DNA of 64,000 bases, taken from contig OY762463.1 in the NCBI GenBank assembly GCA_963665815.1, positions 3,872,001 to 3,936,000 of the forward strand, written 5' to 3'. The position numbers were made by a program, and so were the translations under genes. Under the pieces are notes generated by a model, which was not told the DNA's origin, made no database searches, and was given only the letters and a program-made list of their open reading frames with translations. The DNA is from Candidatus Cloacimonadales bacterium. Lineage in GTDB: Bacteria; Cloacimonadota; Cloacimonadia; Cloacimonadales; JAIOQZ01. Below, piece after piece: positions 10,036 through 19,056 of the stretch (positions within the stretch are counted from its first letter, which is position 1; each line of letters starts with the position of its first letter).

Positions 10036-11613
10036 ATGAAAAGATTAATTGTATGCTGTGACGGTACGTGGAATACTCCTTCACAGGAAGACAACGGGCA
10101 AATTGCCCCAACAAATGTATATAAGATATTCAGAGCAATTCAAGACAAAGACAATCATGGCATTGTGCAGAAAAAATACTATCATACAGGAGTAGGTACA
10201 GAAGGCAACAAGGTCAGTAAAATCCTGAATGGTGCTTTTGCCGGGGATTTGGGAAACCATATTCAGTCAGCATATTACTGGCTTGGTAATAACTTTGAAC
10301 CAGATGATGAAATATACTGTTTTGGATTCAGTAGAGGAGCATTTACTGTAAGGAGTCTTGCCGGTATGATGAATAAGGTCGGACTACTTGATCTAAGTAA
10401 AATAACCGGGAGTCCTGACGAAGAGTACAAGAAGAAGTGGGATTTGATCGAAAAAGCTTACACTGCTTATCGCGAAGGTGAAATTGCTCAGGATCAGTTT
10501 ATTGCAAATTACAGCAATAAGCTGTTTGATAGTCAGTGTGAAGTGAAAATCAAATTTCTCGGTGTCTGGGATACAGTTGGTGCCGCAGGTATTCCCGATG
10601 AAGCTGAACTGCTGAATTTTTTCTTCGATGATAAGAGTCAATGGAAATTCCACGATAACAATCTTGGAAAGAATGTAGAAACAGGAAGGCATGCAATGGC
10701 TCTTGATGAAATCAGATCCAGCTTTACTGTCTGTCGGTGGTTAAACAGGACAGGTAGTTCTACAGACTGTCATCCCGATGCAAAAGAAGTCTGGTTCAGC
10801 GGAGTTCACTCGGACGTTGGAGGAGGTTATGCCGAAACACAATTGTCGGATATTGCTCTGGACTGGATGATAAAAGAAGCCTTGGCAAAAGGTATTGGGA
10901 TAAGGAACATTAAAGATCAGCTAAAAATGGATTCTTCAGGTGAGATACATAACTCTTATAAGGGTGTTTTTGCTGCCTTGAAATCCAGACCCAGAAATAT
11001 ACCGTTCATTGACGCTTCCTCTGGAGAATGTCTCCATGGGTCTGTCCTGGAAAGAATGAAGGCTGATCTTATACTGTATCCACCTTATTGGCAGAATAAG
11101 CATTTGAAAAAGGATGAAACTATTTCCATAGATGTTTTTGCAAAAGATAGGTGGAATTATTGTGAAGTATATATGTTTAAGGATGAAGAATACAAATTCT
11201 CTGCTGAAGGTGAATGGGTAGACAATAAGTCAGTTTGCGGTTGGACAGGTACGCAGCATGATGGTCATTTAGATTTTGGTGATGTGGTAAGATCAGTGGG
11301 TTCACTTTGGGGTAAAGTCGAAGGATTGTTCAAAAAGAAGAATAAAGTAGTAGATTTCTGGGGGACGAAACGATTTGAAAAGGCAGACTGGTTTATCTGT
11401 GTCGGTGCAATAGCTAATGACAGAGGAGTTTCGGTTGCAGTATCAAACGACGGTACTCCCGTACCACATACATACATTGATCTTCCTAAGCATCATGCGA
11501 GCTCATATAAAGTTAAACATTCGGGACAGTTCTTTGCATTTGCCAATGATGCCTGGAACTTTTACGGAAACAATAAAGGCTCAGTTAGATTAACAATAAC
11601 AAGAGTCAAATAA
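10036..11613 (+). CDS. DUF2235 (Tle1-like) alpha/beta-hydrolase with C-terminal putative LecA/PA-IL-like lectin domain
   Basis: KRLIVCCDGTWN, FGFSRGA (GxSxG), GVWDTV, GVHSDVGGGY; C-terminus NDAWNFYGNNKGS. Confidence 0.85.
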   Translation: MKRLIVCCDGTWNTPSQEDNGQIAPTNVYKIFRAIQDKDNHGIVQKKYYHTGVGTEGNKVSKILNGAFAGDLGNHIQSAYYWLGNNFEPDDEIYCFGFSRGAFTVRSLAGMMNKVGLLDLSKITGSPDEEYKKKWDLIEKAYTAYREGEIAQDQFIANYSNKLFDSQCEVKIKFLGVWDTVGAAGIPDEAELLNFFFDDKSQWKFHDNNLGKNVETGRHAMALDEIRSSFTVCRWLNRTGSSTDCHPDAKEVWFSGVHSDVGGGYAETQLSDIALDWMIKEALAKGIGIRNIKDQLKMDSSGEIHNSYKGVFAALKSRPRNIPFIDASSGECLHGSVLERMKADLILYPPYWQNKHLKKDETISIDVFAKDRWNYCEVYMFKDEEYKFSAEGEWVDNKSVCGWTGTQHDGHLDFGDVVRSVGSLWGKVEGLFKKKNKVVDFWGTKRFEKADWFICVGAIANDRGVSVAVSNDGTPVPHTYIDLPKHHASSYKVKHSGQFFAFANDAWNFYGNNKGSVRLTITRVK

Positions 11614-11624
11614 CCCCACAAAAT

Positions 11625-11654
11625 AAGGCTGAACCATCTCCTCGGTTCAGCCTT
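11625..11654. terminator. Hairpin between convergent genes
   Basis: AAGGCTGAACC-N8-GGTTCAGCCTT. Confidence 0.7.
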
Positions 11655-11673
11655 TGCATTAATATAATATATT

Positions 11674-13230
11674 TTATTTATCTGTAAACATCTTGCCTGT
11701 AGTATATCCGTCAACTGCACTGCTGATTATACCTCCGGCATAACCGGCTCCTTCACCTACAGGGAAGAGATTGGAGCAGGATATTGATGCTCTGGTAGCA
11801 GGGTCACGAACAATGCGTACCGGAGATGATGTTCTGGTTTCAGGAGCGTGCAGAATGCCTTCATTGATGAATCCTTTAGCCCTTTTCTCAAAGCTTCTCA
11901 GGGCAGATTTAACTGCCTTCGTTAAAACCGGACTATAGATGTTCTGCAAATCTCTTTTATATACACTTGGTTTATAACTGGATCGTATTTTACTCTTTTT
12001 AGCAATATTGAGAAAACTGTTCATAGTCTGTACAGGGGCATAATACGGATTAGAACTGCTGTAACACTTCTTCTCAATTTCTCTCTGGAACTCCAAGCCT
12101 GCAAATAGTTTTGTTCCGTAATCAGATTCGTTAACAGTGACGACAAGAGCACTGTTGGCAAATCGATTGTCCCTCAAACAGTAGCTCATTCCATTAAGGA
12201 CTACAGTCTCTTTTTCAGAAGCAGAAGCAACTATGAATCCACCCGGACACATGCAGAAACTGTAAACACCTTTCTGTGTAGAATCAGTTTTGTATTTATG
12301 TGTAAGTTTGTATGTAGCAGGTCCCAGTATATCAACAGGTGCATCTTTGCCATAAAATGAGTCATTGATAAATTCCTGAGGGTGTTCCATACGAAACCCT
12401 ACTGCGAACGGTTTATTATGGATTACTACGTTATTATCTTCCAGCATAAGGAATGTATCTCTGGCTGCATTACCGATTCCGAGCACTATATGTTCAGGGG
12501 TAAATAATTCGTTATTTATTACAACTGATTCTATTTTACCGTTGTTTGTGTTTATTTCCTGTAGCTGTGAACTCCATTTGAATTCGCAGCCTTTACTGAT
12601 GAGGTGATTTCTGATATTAATAATAACTTTTCTGATAACATTTGAACCAATATGGGGAAGAGCTTCATAGCTGATGCAGTTATCTGCCCCAAACTCAATT
12701 AAAAGTCTGAAGACTTCATCAGAGACAGTATCTCTATTTCTTGCTGTGAGTTTACCATCTGAAAACGTACCTGCACCACCTTCTCCAAATTGTACATTGC
12801 TGTTTTCATCCAGCTTTCCGCTTTTCCAGAAACGGGCAATTTTTTCTACTCTGCGTTCTATTGTTTCGCCACGATCAATAATGATTGGTTTCAATCCGTT
12901 CTCTACCATTGCCAATGCAGTAAAAAGTCCTGCCGGACCGGCTCCTACAATTATCGGACGATCAGATGTATGGATTGTTGGGATGAATACTGAAATTTCT
13001 TCATCGTATTCAGCAGCAAACTTATACTTGGATAGATCGGAATCAGTAGTGACCAGCAGAGTAAAGTTAAACATTATGTTACCCTTTTTTCTGGCATCAA
13101 TCGATCTTCTAAGGATTTCTATATTGCTGATGGACGCTTTGGGGATTCTGGTATTTGCACAGAGATGGTCTGTCAGATTGTATTCGTAACTGACAGGGAC
13201 AAGGATGTTTCTTACAATGTATTTTTTCAT
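11674..13230 (-). CDS. FAD/NAD(P)-dependent oxidoreductase (uncharacterised ~530-aa family)
   Basis: IIVGAGPAG, SNVQFGEGGAGTFSDGKL, YSFCMCPGG, ETRTSSPVR, GEGAGYAGGIISSAVDG; likely start ATG 13230. Confidence 0.9.
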   Translation of the reverse strand: MKKYIVRNILVPVSYEYNLTDHLCANTRIPKASISNIEILRRSIDARKKGNIMFNFTLLVTTDSDLSKYKFAAEYDEEISVFIPTIHTSDRPIIVGAGPAGLFTALAMVENGLKPIIIDRGETIERRVEKIARFWKSGKLDENSNVQFGEGGAGTFSDGKLTARNRDTVSDEVFRLLIEFGADNCISYEALPHIGSNVIRKVIINIRNHLISKGCEFKWSSQLQEINTNNGKIESVVINNELFTPEHIVLGIGNAARDTFLMLEDNNVVIHNKPFAVGFRMEHPQEFINDSFYGKDAPVDILGPATYKLTHKYKTDSTQKGVYSFCMCPGGFIVASASEKETVVLNGMSYCLRDNRFANSALVVTVNESDYGTKLFAGLEFQREIEKKCYSSSNPYYAPVQTMNSFLNIAKKSKIRSSYKPSVYKRDLQNIYSPVLTKAVKSALRSFEKRAKGFINEGILHAPETRTSSPVRIVRDPATRASISCSNLFPVGEGAGYAGGIISSAVDGYTTGKMFTDK

Positions 13231-13375
13231 AAATCGTTGTTTATACTGCCTTTCAGTAAATTGAGCCCATAGCATAATGTGTAATGATGTATTAAACAGG
13301 AATTATGCAGAGTTCTCTAAAAAATTTTAGAATAAAAAAAAGCTGTCGACCATGTCAACAGCAATTTAAAATTTA

Positions 13376-13451
13376 TGGTGGCAGGACCCAGACTTGAACT
13401 GGGGACACAAGGCTTTTCAGGCCTCTGCTCTACCAACTGAGCTATCCCGCC
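13376..13451 (-). tRNA. tRNA-Phe(GAA)
   Basis: GGCGGGA TA GCTC AGTTGGTA GAGC A GAGGC CTGAAAA GCCTT GTGTC CCCAG TTCAAGT CTGGG TCCTGCC A CCA; full cloverleaf, 76 nt. Confidence 0.97.
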
Positions 13452-13624
13452 ATTTGTTATCATCAAAGAACTGAAGGCACTTTCGGAAACTGCGGTTTGC
13501 TTGTCAATAGATTTTTTAGATTATTTTGGTGGTATATTGCTATGAATGAAGCTATATGCAGACTTCAGGGGAGGTTAGGGTGAGGGGCTATAAAATTTTC
13601 TTGGCTATGATCAAAATTAAATTG

Positions 13625-14287
13625 CTAGGATTTCAGTATTTTTCTTAAGCCCCGATTAATTTCTAATTTAGACTTATTCAGTTCAATCTCTATTGTATTG
13701 TTTACCATTCCTCTAACGAAGTATCCAATTAATTCTGTATGTAATTTGAAGAAAGCTTCGGTTTCTTTGCAAGCCTTAACATCCGCTTGTAGAATCTGAT
13801 ATAAATTGTAGTTGATTTTAGTTAGGAAATCGTTGTAGTAATCACATGATCCAATTAATGATACAGAGCAGTAAAGCTCAAGAGCTTTTACTGAATTTCG
13901 TAATTTTATGTTGTCTTTTTTGATCGAATGTATATATGATTTGTAGTTGATAATTCTGTGTTCTGGCTTATACTCCATTACTTCACGAACTCTTGTTGCT
14001 AAGCGATTTATCGAATCCTCAAGGTTTATAAGACAGTTAGATACATTAAGTGCATACTTCTGATTCAACAAGTATTGACTTTCTCTTTTCCAGCTACCTA
14101 AGGCGACTATGGCTACAATAGCCAACAACAATGTAGAAACAGACCCGATGATATGAAAAAATTCAACTTTTATTGTTATCCCCATGTCTAAAAGTAGGCA
14201 AATAATCAGAAACAACATAACAAGGCATAATGCCAACCATTTAAAGGTTTCACCACATACATCACAGAATAGTTTGAGTTTCTTCAC
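13625..14287 (-). CDS. Hypothetical membrane-anchored protein
   Basis: 220-aa ORF, two N-terminal TM segments then helical domain; GAGGA before GTG. Confidence 0.6.
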   Translation of the reverse strand: MKKLKLFCDVCGETFKWLALCLVMLFLIICLLLDMGITIKVEFFHIIGSVSTLLLAIVAIVALGSWKRESQYLLNQKYALNVSNCLINLEDSINRLATRVREVMEYKPEHRIINYKSYIHSIKKDNIKLRNSVKALELYCSVSLIGSCDYYNDFLTKINYNLYQILQADVKACKETEAFFKLHTELIGYFVRGMVNNTIEIELNKSKLEINRGLRKILKS

Positions 14288-14564
14288 AAGTTCCTCACAA
14301 TATTAAGATTATGCTAATTAGTTGTTTAAGAAAGGGATTGTCAAGAATAAAACTGGAACAATGATTATTGTTCCCTACATACGTCACATTCTGTGACAAA
14401 ATTCAAACCATGCAATCCTGGAATCCTATAAATTATGGTTCAGGCTTCTTACTGAGATAGACTTCCGTTAGTTTCTTCGCGTCTGGCAGAGCTGCTGAGT
14501 GTGTAATTGATGTGTAGAGGTGTAACATGCAACGTCAAACAATGTTAATGAAGCTGATTCCTAT

Positions 14565-14607
14565 AAAAACCAGAGGCAGATTTTCATCTGCCTTTAGTTC
14601 GCCTACA
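14565..14607 (-). terminator. Hairpin/terminator downstream of ECF copy 1
   Basis: Minus strand AGGCAGA-TGAAAA-TCTGCCT CTGG TTTTT. Confidence 0.55.
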
Positions 14608-14691
14608 TATAGATATTAAAAAAATATCCTCAGCCTTAAACTATTCGTACAATGTACGTGTGAAAATACCAGAGTAGGGTCATTCTTTATA

Positions 14692-14718
14692 TAAGACATT
14701 TAATAGGGGAAAAAGTTC
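14692..14718 (-). promoter_or_regulatory. Candidate ECF-sigma promoter GAACTT-N16-TCTTA
   Basis: Sigma-E-like -35/-10 with 16-nt spacer, beginning 6 nt after the stop codon of the ECF-like gene. Confidence 0.5.
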
Positions 14719-14724
14719 GGGAGT

Positions 14725-15618
14725 TTATTTGTAATAGTCTTTAACATCAATAGATAAAGAGTTTTTACGATGGTTAAATCCTTTAGGATATAGAAACCCG
14801 TTTCCCTGACATTTTTTTAATGGTGTGTCTTCAACTTTCATTTTTTTTACAACACGCCCGAAAGTTACTTCTACAATTTTGATGTAATTCTTCTTATCAA
14901 TGATAAATTCAAAAATAGGGAAATGTAGTTTACCTTCATTGTCCTTGTATACTAATGCTAATCGATGCTGATTATTCTTACTCTTTAATTTTCTGTAAGA
15001 CCAGTCTATAACTTCTGCAATATCCATATCGGGGCAGTCAGTATGCTCGAAATACTTCTTCAGCTTCGATAAATCTTTTTTATTCCTGCTTATCATTTTG
15101 ATAAAGTATTTTATATTCTCAATTTGCTGAAAGGTCAAAATATTTGGTCCGGACATAACTCCTTCAGACTTGAGTATAGCAGCTTCAAGATTTTTCTTCA
15201 TCATGGATACTTGTCTTTTGACTGTACCCTCCGGGATTTTTCTGACTTGAGCAATATCTTTTATATTTTTGTGTTTAATATACATTTTATATGTACGAAA
15301 ATCAGAAGCAGATAATAATAATCTGGCTTTTTCTTCGGAAATTGAGTTTCTGTTCTCAATGGTATTATTCTCATCTGATGTAATTGAATCTATATCACTT
15401 ATGTTTATTTGTCTTTTTTGAGCATTAATAAGATTTATTGCATTTGTTTTTACACACTTAAGCAGATAGTTTTTGTGATTTTCGATAGAGTCTTCCTTAA
15501 CAAACATTTTGAGTAAGGAGTTCTGAACGATATCTTGTGCGTCATGTTCATTTTTAACTATTCTGAGGGCATAACTATATGCATGTTTTTGAAGTTCTCT
15601 ATATTGTACATCTGTCAT
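14725..15618 (-). CDS. ECF-type sigma-70 family factor with long C-terminal extension (copy 1)
   Basis: Region 2 HDAQDIVQNSLLKM..KNYLLKCVKTNAIN; region 4 HTH IKDIAQVRKIPEGTVKRQVSM; about 140 extra C-terminal residues. Confidence 0.8.
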   Translation of the reverse strand: MTDVQYRELQKHAYSYALRIVKNEHDAQDIVQNSLLKMFVKEDSIENHKNYLLKCVKTNAINLINAQKRQINISDIDSITSDENNTIENRNSISEEKARLLLSASDFRTYKMYIKHKNIKDIAQVRKIPEGTVKRQVSMMKKNLEAAILKSEGVMSGPNILTFQQIENIKYFIKMISRNKKDLSKLKKYFEHTDCPDMDIAEVIDWSYRKLKSKNNQHRLALVYKDNEGKLHFPIFEFIIDKKNYIKIVEVTFGRVVKKMKVEDTPLKKCQGNGFLYPKGFNHRKNSLSIDVKDYYK

Positions 15619-15685
15619 TACTGATTCCTTCTACTTTATTTTTAACAAGCAAAAATCTGAAGACAAAATTATAGTTGTCAATAAC

Positions 15686-15726
15686 AAAAAAAAGGCTGGT
15701 AATCCAGCCTTCTTAGTTCACACACC
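15686..15726 (-). terminator. Intrinsic terminator
   Basis: Minus strand AAGGCTGG-ATTA-CCAGCCTTTTTTTT. Confidence 0.75.
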
Positions 15727-15952
15727 TAAGATCCTTTCAAAATTTACCTGATAAAATAGTCAGATTATTCAGAAAATCTGATATTTATATTAAGGTAAAA
15801 CCGGGGCAGACAGAAAGTCTGCCTGGATTTATCTCGCACCACACACTAATGTGTTTATTTTTTATACCATCTTTGTTTTAAGGAAGCCGATTATTGTAGA
15901 AACCGGCATTCCTGATTTAATCAATGAGTATTGATTGATAAAAGTTAAAAAT

Positions 15953-16171
15953 CTATTCGACTACAGGATCATAAACAATATATATAGTACCTTCGTAGTC
16001 AATCAGGACTGCGTCTTCAATATCAGGACTCTCAAGAACTACTGCACCATCAGGAATAATATTAGTTGGCCAGACATTATAAACATCTACGGGATCTCCA
16101 ACGGCAAAATCATCACAAAAAATGTTTGCAGTGAAAATTAGTACAACCAGTATTAAAAGTGTAGTTCTCAA
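15953..16171 (-). CDS. Small exported acidic protein (~72 aa)
   Basis: AAGGAG RBS before TTG 16171; signal peptide MRTTLLILVVLIFTANIFC; acidic mature part. Confidence 0.65.
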   Translation of the reverse strand: MRTTLLILVVLIFTANIFCDDFAVGDPVDVYNVWPTNIIPDGAVVLESPDIEDAVLIDYEGTIYIVYDPVVE

Positions 16172-16266
16172 AATGAGTCTCCTTTTTAACATTTTATTTA
16201 TAAATAAAACGAATTCAGGAGAAAAATAATTGGATAACGTTATTTAAGTGAAAGCGAGATAAAGAA

Positions 16267-17139
16267 TTAAGACATCTGTCTATCTTTCTTCAGTAGTTCC
16301 TTTGCGGTTACAGGGATTATCTTTGTAACAGGATCTTTTTTCAGATCACTCATTTTTATATTTTTTAGAGGTACAATTTTTGGTGTTGTTAGTACTTTAT
16401 GTATTTTAATGCCATTTCTGCTTGTAATATTGAAATAAAAGAACATAGCATTGATTTGTTCGTCAGGCTGTAGATAAATCAAACATATTCTGTCAGCATT
16501 GTTCTTTCTTGTATAGTTCCAGTCAAGGAATCTGCTGATTGTTATCTCAGGGATATCTTTACAGTTCTCAAAATATTTAAACATTTTGGAAGTATTGGAT
16601 CCATTTTTAACAATTTGCTTTATGAGTTTTCTGACATTATCAGCTTGCTGAAAACTTAACAGTGCTATTGATGATAAGGCTCCACTATCTTTCAATATGG
16701 CAGATTTCAGATTCGTACGCATTCTGTTTACCTGGGTCAGGGCAGTTCCATAAGGTATTTTTCTGACCTTTGCGATTTTTTTAATTTGCTTGTACTTAAT
16801 ATACATTTTATATGTTCTAAAATCTGTTACTGTGAGAAGTTCTTTGGCTTTAGACTCTGTAATTTCATCAATACTTTCGTCTTCTTCAACAAGACCAGGT
16901 GCTGACAGGGCATAATACCCCAGTTTAACTTCTTTTTTCTGCCTTCTGAACATGTCAACAGCACCATTTTTTACGCATTTAAGCAGGTAATACTTTGGAC
17001 TTTCAAGTGTTTCTTCACGCATGAGCATCTTCAGCATGGCATTCTGCACAATGTCCTGTGCATCAGCTTCATTCTTTACAATGCTGAAAGCATATTTGAA
17101 TGCTTCACCACTAAGTATTGAATATTGTGTATCTGTCAT
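16267..17139 (-). CDS. ECF-type sigma-70 family factor with long C-terminal extension (copy 2)
   Basis: ADAQDIVQNAMLKM..KYYLLKCVKN; IKKIAKVRKIPYGTA; paralog of 14725-15618 (shared DFRTYKMYIK); start could be TTG 17148. Confidence 0.8.
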   Translation of the reverse strand: MTDTQYSILSGEAFKYAFSIVKNEADAQDIVQNAMLKMLMREETLESPKYYLLKCVKNGAVDMFRRQKKEVKLGYYALSAPGLVEEDESIDEITESKAKELLTVTDFRTYKMYIKYKQIKKIAKVRKIPYGTALTQVNRMRTNLKSAILKDSGALSSIALLSFQQADNVRKLIKQIVKNGSNTSKMFKYFENCKDIPEITISRFLDWNYTRKNNADRICLIYLQPDEQINAMFFYFNITSRNGIKIHKVLTTPKIVPLKNIKMSDLKKDPVTKIIPVTAKELLKKDRQMS

Positions 17140-17444
17140 AGTCTTCAAATTCCTGTGTTATATTAACTATATTAACTAAATGCGCATGCTATATTTAGCG
17201 TGTAAATTATTTCAGATTTATAAGTATTGTCAATTTTTAATATCACATTTTTTTTTAATTCATAGTAGATGTGAAATAGTTACTCTCCAAAGACAATTTT
17301 ATTTTTAAAATCGGGGATTTTAGAGTGTAGCTTAGATTGCGGTATTCACTACTTGGTGTCATGAAATTTTCTTTTTTTTCTTTTGGAATTGTCTGTTATC
17401 AGTTATTTTATCTATGTAAAGTGATTTAATTCGACTCGGAGGTA

Positions 17445-17846
17445 ATGATGAATACACTGCTTGCTAAGAGAATTTTCAGTATTTATGAAATCCTTTTAAA
17501 CAAATTTCGTCGTATTGATGAACCATTTTTGATAATTCCGGAATTATACTATCGTAACACTACATGTGTAGATCACAAAGAACTTATCAAGTGGCTTGAG
17601 CTTCTCGAAGAGGAAGGTTTCATCGAAGTTAAAACACGATTTACTGCGGAAATACCTGAAGGTTATTCCGATACTATCAAAATTGAACCCGAAGAAATGA
17701 AAGGACACTATGACAAGAACAAAACATATATCGATAATGCTTTTGTTTCATCCAACTCATTTCTTGTCCATGTTTTCGAAATTCAATTTACTCTGATAGG
17801 AATCTCATATTTTGAAGATATGAGAGAAGTTTCGAAGAATTTATAG
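17445..17846 (+). CDS. Hypothetical protein, possibly winged-helix
   Basis: GGAGG RBS; LELLEEEGFIEV and FTLIGISYFE resemble winged-helix elements. Confidence 0.5.
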   Translation: MMNTLLAKRIFSIYEILLNKFRRIDEPFLIIPELYYRNTTCVDHKELIKWLELLEEEGFIEVKTRFTAEIPEGYSDTIKIEPEEMKGHYDKNKTYIDNAFVSSNSFLVHVFEIQFTLIGISYFEDMREVSKNL

Positions 17847-17890
17847 TTAATTAATTTTTTCCAGCCTTTCAGTTCTAAAGGAAGGCTGGT

Positions 17891-19045
17891 TTATTTTATT
17901 AATACACTTTTTACTGTTTGAGAATATCTATCGGTTTTTAAAACAATCAAATATGTACCTGAAGAGCTTGGTCTTAAGAAATCATCTGATCCATCCCATT
18001 GAAAAACGTGTTTACCAGCCTGCTTGAAACCTTCAAAAATACTTTTAACTTTCTGTTCCCTGATATTGTGCACATTCACTTCACAATATTCACCTTCAGG
18101 GAGCTGTAATTCTATTGTTGTAGAGGGATTAAATGGATTCGGGTAGTTTCTTAGTCCGGTTTCAGGTCTCGTCAATCTTTCATTATCAATATCAAGAAAC
18201 TCAGATATATTCTGATAAAATATATCAAATGTTCCATATCTTGTAGATGCAAATGCGATTCTGGTTCCATCATCTGACCAGTCAGGATGTGAGTCATATC
18301 CATTGCTGTATATGATTTTCCTCTCTGTTCCTGTATTCAGATCTTTGAGCCAAACATCTGTAGTACCATCTCTGTCTGAGGCAAATGCAATATATCTGCC
18401 ATTCGGAGAGTACTTTCCTCTATCATCATGTGCCGGATTATCAGTAATCTGTTCTGGTGAACCGGTTCCATCAGAATTAATCATCCATAAATCAGGATTG
18501 CCTGATCTATTTGATGTGAAAACAATTTTATCTCCATTTGGTGACCAGCTCGGATGCCAGTTTTCTTCATTGTCAGCAAGTAATGTCGAAACACTTCCCG
18601 AATCGACATCAACAAGCACAATATCATCGAACCTCATGAATGCTATTTTAGATCCATCCGGTGACCATGAGGGATGAAATGCACCAACACTGTTATAATG
18701 TGTCAGCTGAGTACTGGAGCTGTCAGAGAAATCGTAAATCCAAAGATTCCCCTGAGAGTCATCCCTGGCGTCAAATACAAGTTTAGTTCCATCCGGTGAC
18801 CAGCAAAAAGCAAAGTCTCCGGGTATATCAATATCCAGTGTAATTCGGTGAGACGTATCGTCAACGCTGAGAATCTCAATCTCCTTATATTCATCATACC
18901 TTCTTGTAAAGCCTATCTGTTGATTTCCTGTACCCGGTCGCCAGCAGGGATGATAATCTTCTGATGAATCATTGTTTAATCGAACGGGACTACCTGACAG
19001 ATTAAAACATATAAGTAGCATCAAAAAGCTTAAGCAGAATCTCAT
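17891..19045 (-). CDS. TolB-like PD40 beta-propeller protein with C-terminal sorting domain (copy A)
   Basis: Repeated PSWSPDGxKIAF; NYPNPFNPSTTI C-terminal domain; signal peptide from ATG 19045. Confidence 0.85.
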   Translation of the reverse strand: MRFCLSFLMLLICFNLSGSPVRLNNDSSEDYHPCWRPGTGNQQIGFTRRYDEYKEIEILSVDDTSHRITLDIDIPGDFAFCWSPDGTKLVFDARDDSQGNLWIYDFSDSSSTQLTHYNSVGAFHPSWSPDGSKIAFMRFDDIVLVDVDSGSVSTLLADNEENWHPSWSPNGDKIVFTSNRSGNPDLWMINSDGTGSPEQITDNPAHDDRGKYSPNGRYIAFASDRDGTTDVWLKDLNTGTERKIIYSNGYDSHPDWSDDGTRIAFASTRYGTFDIFYQNISEFLDIDNERLTRPETGLRNYPNPFNPSTTIELQLPEGEYCEVNVHNIREQKVKSIFEGFKQAGKHVFQWDGSDDFLRPSSSGTYLIVLKTDRYSQTVKSVLIK

Positions 19046-19056
19046 ATTAACTCCTT

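Noticed and set aside
13452..17400. Genomic island integrated at tRNA-Phe
   Set aside because: The AT-rich genes lie on the tRNA's 5' side, with no 3'-end duplication or integrase
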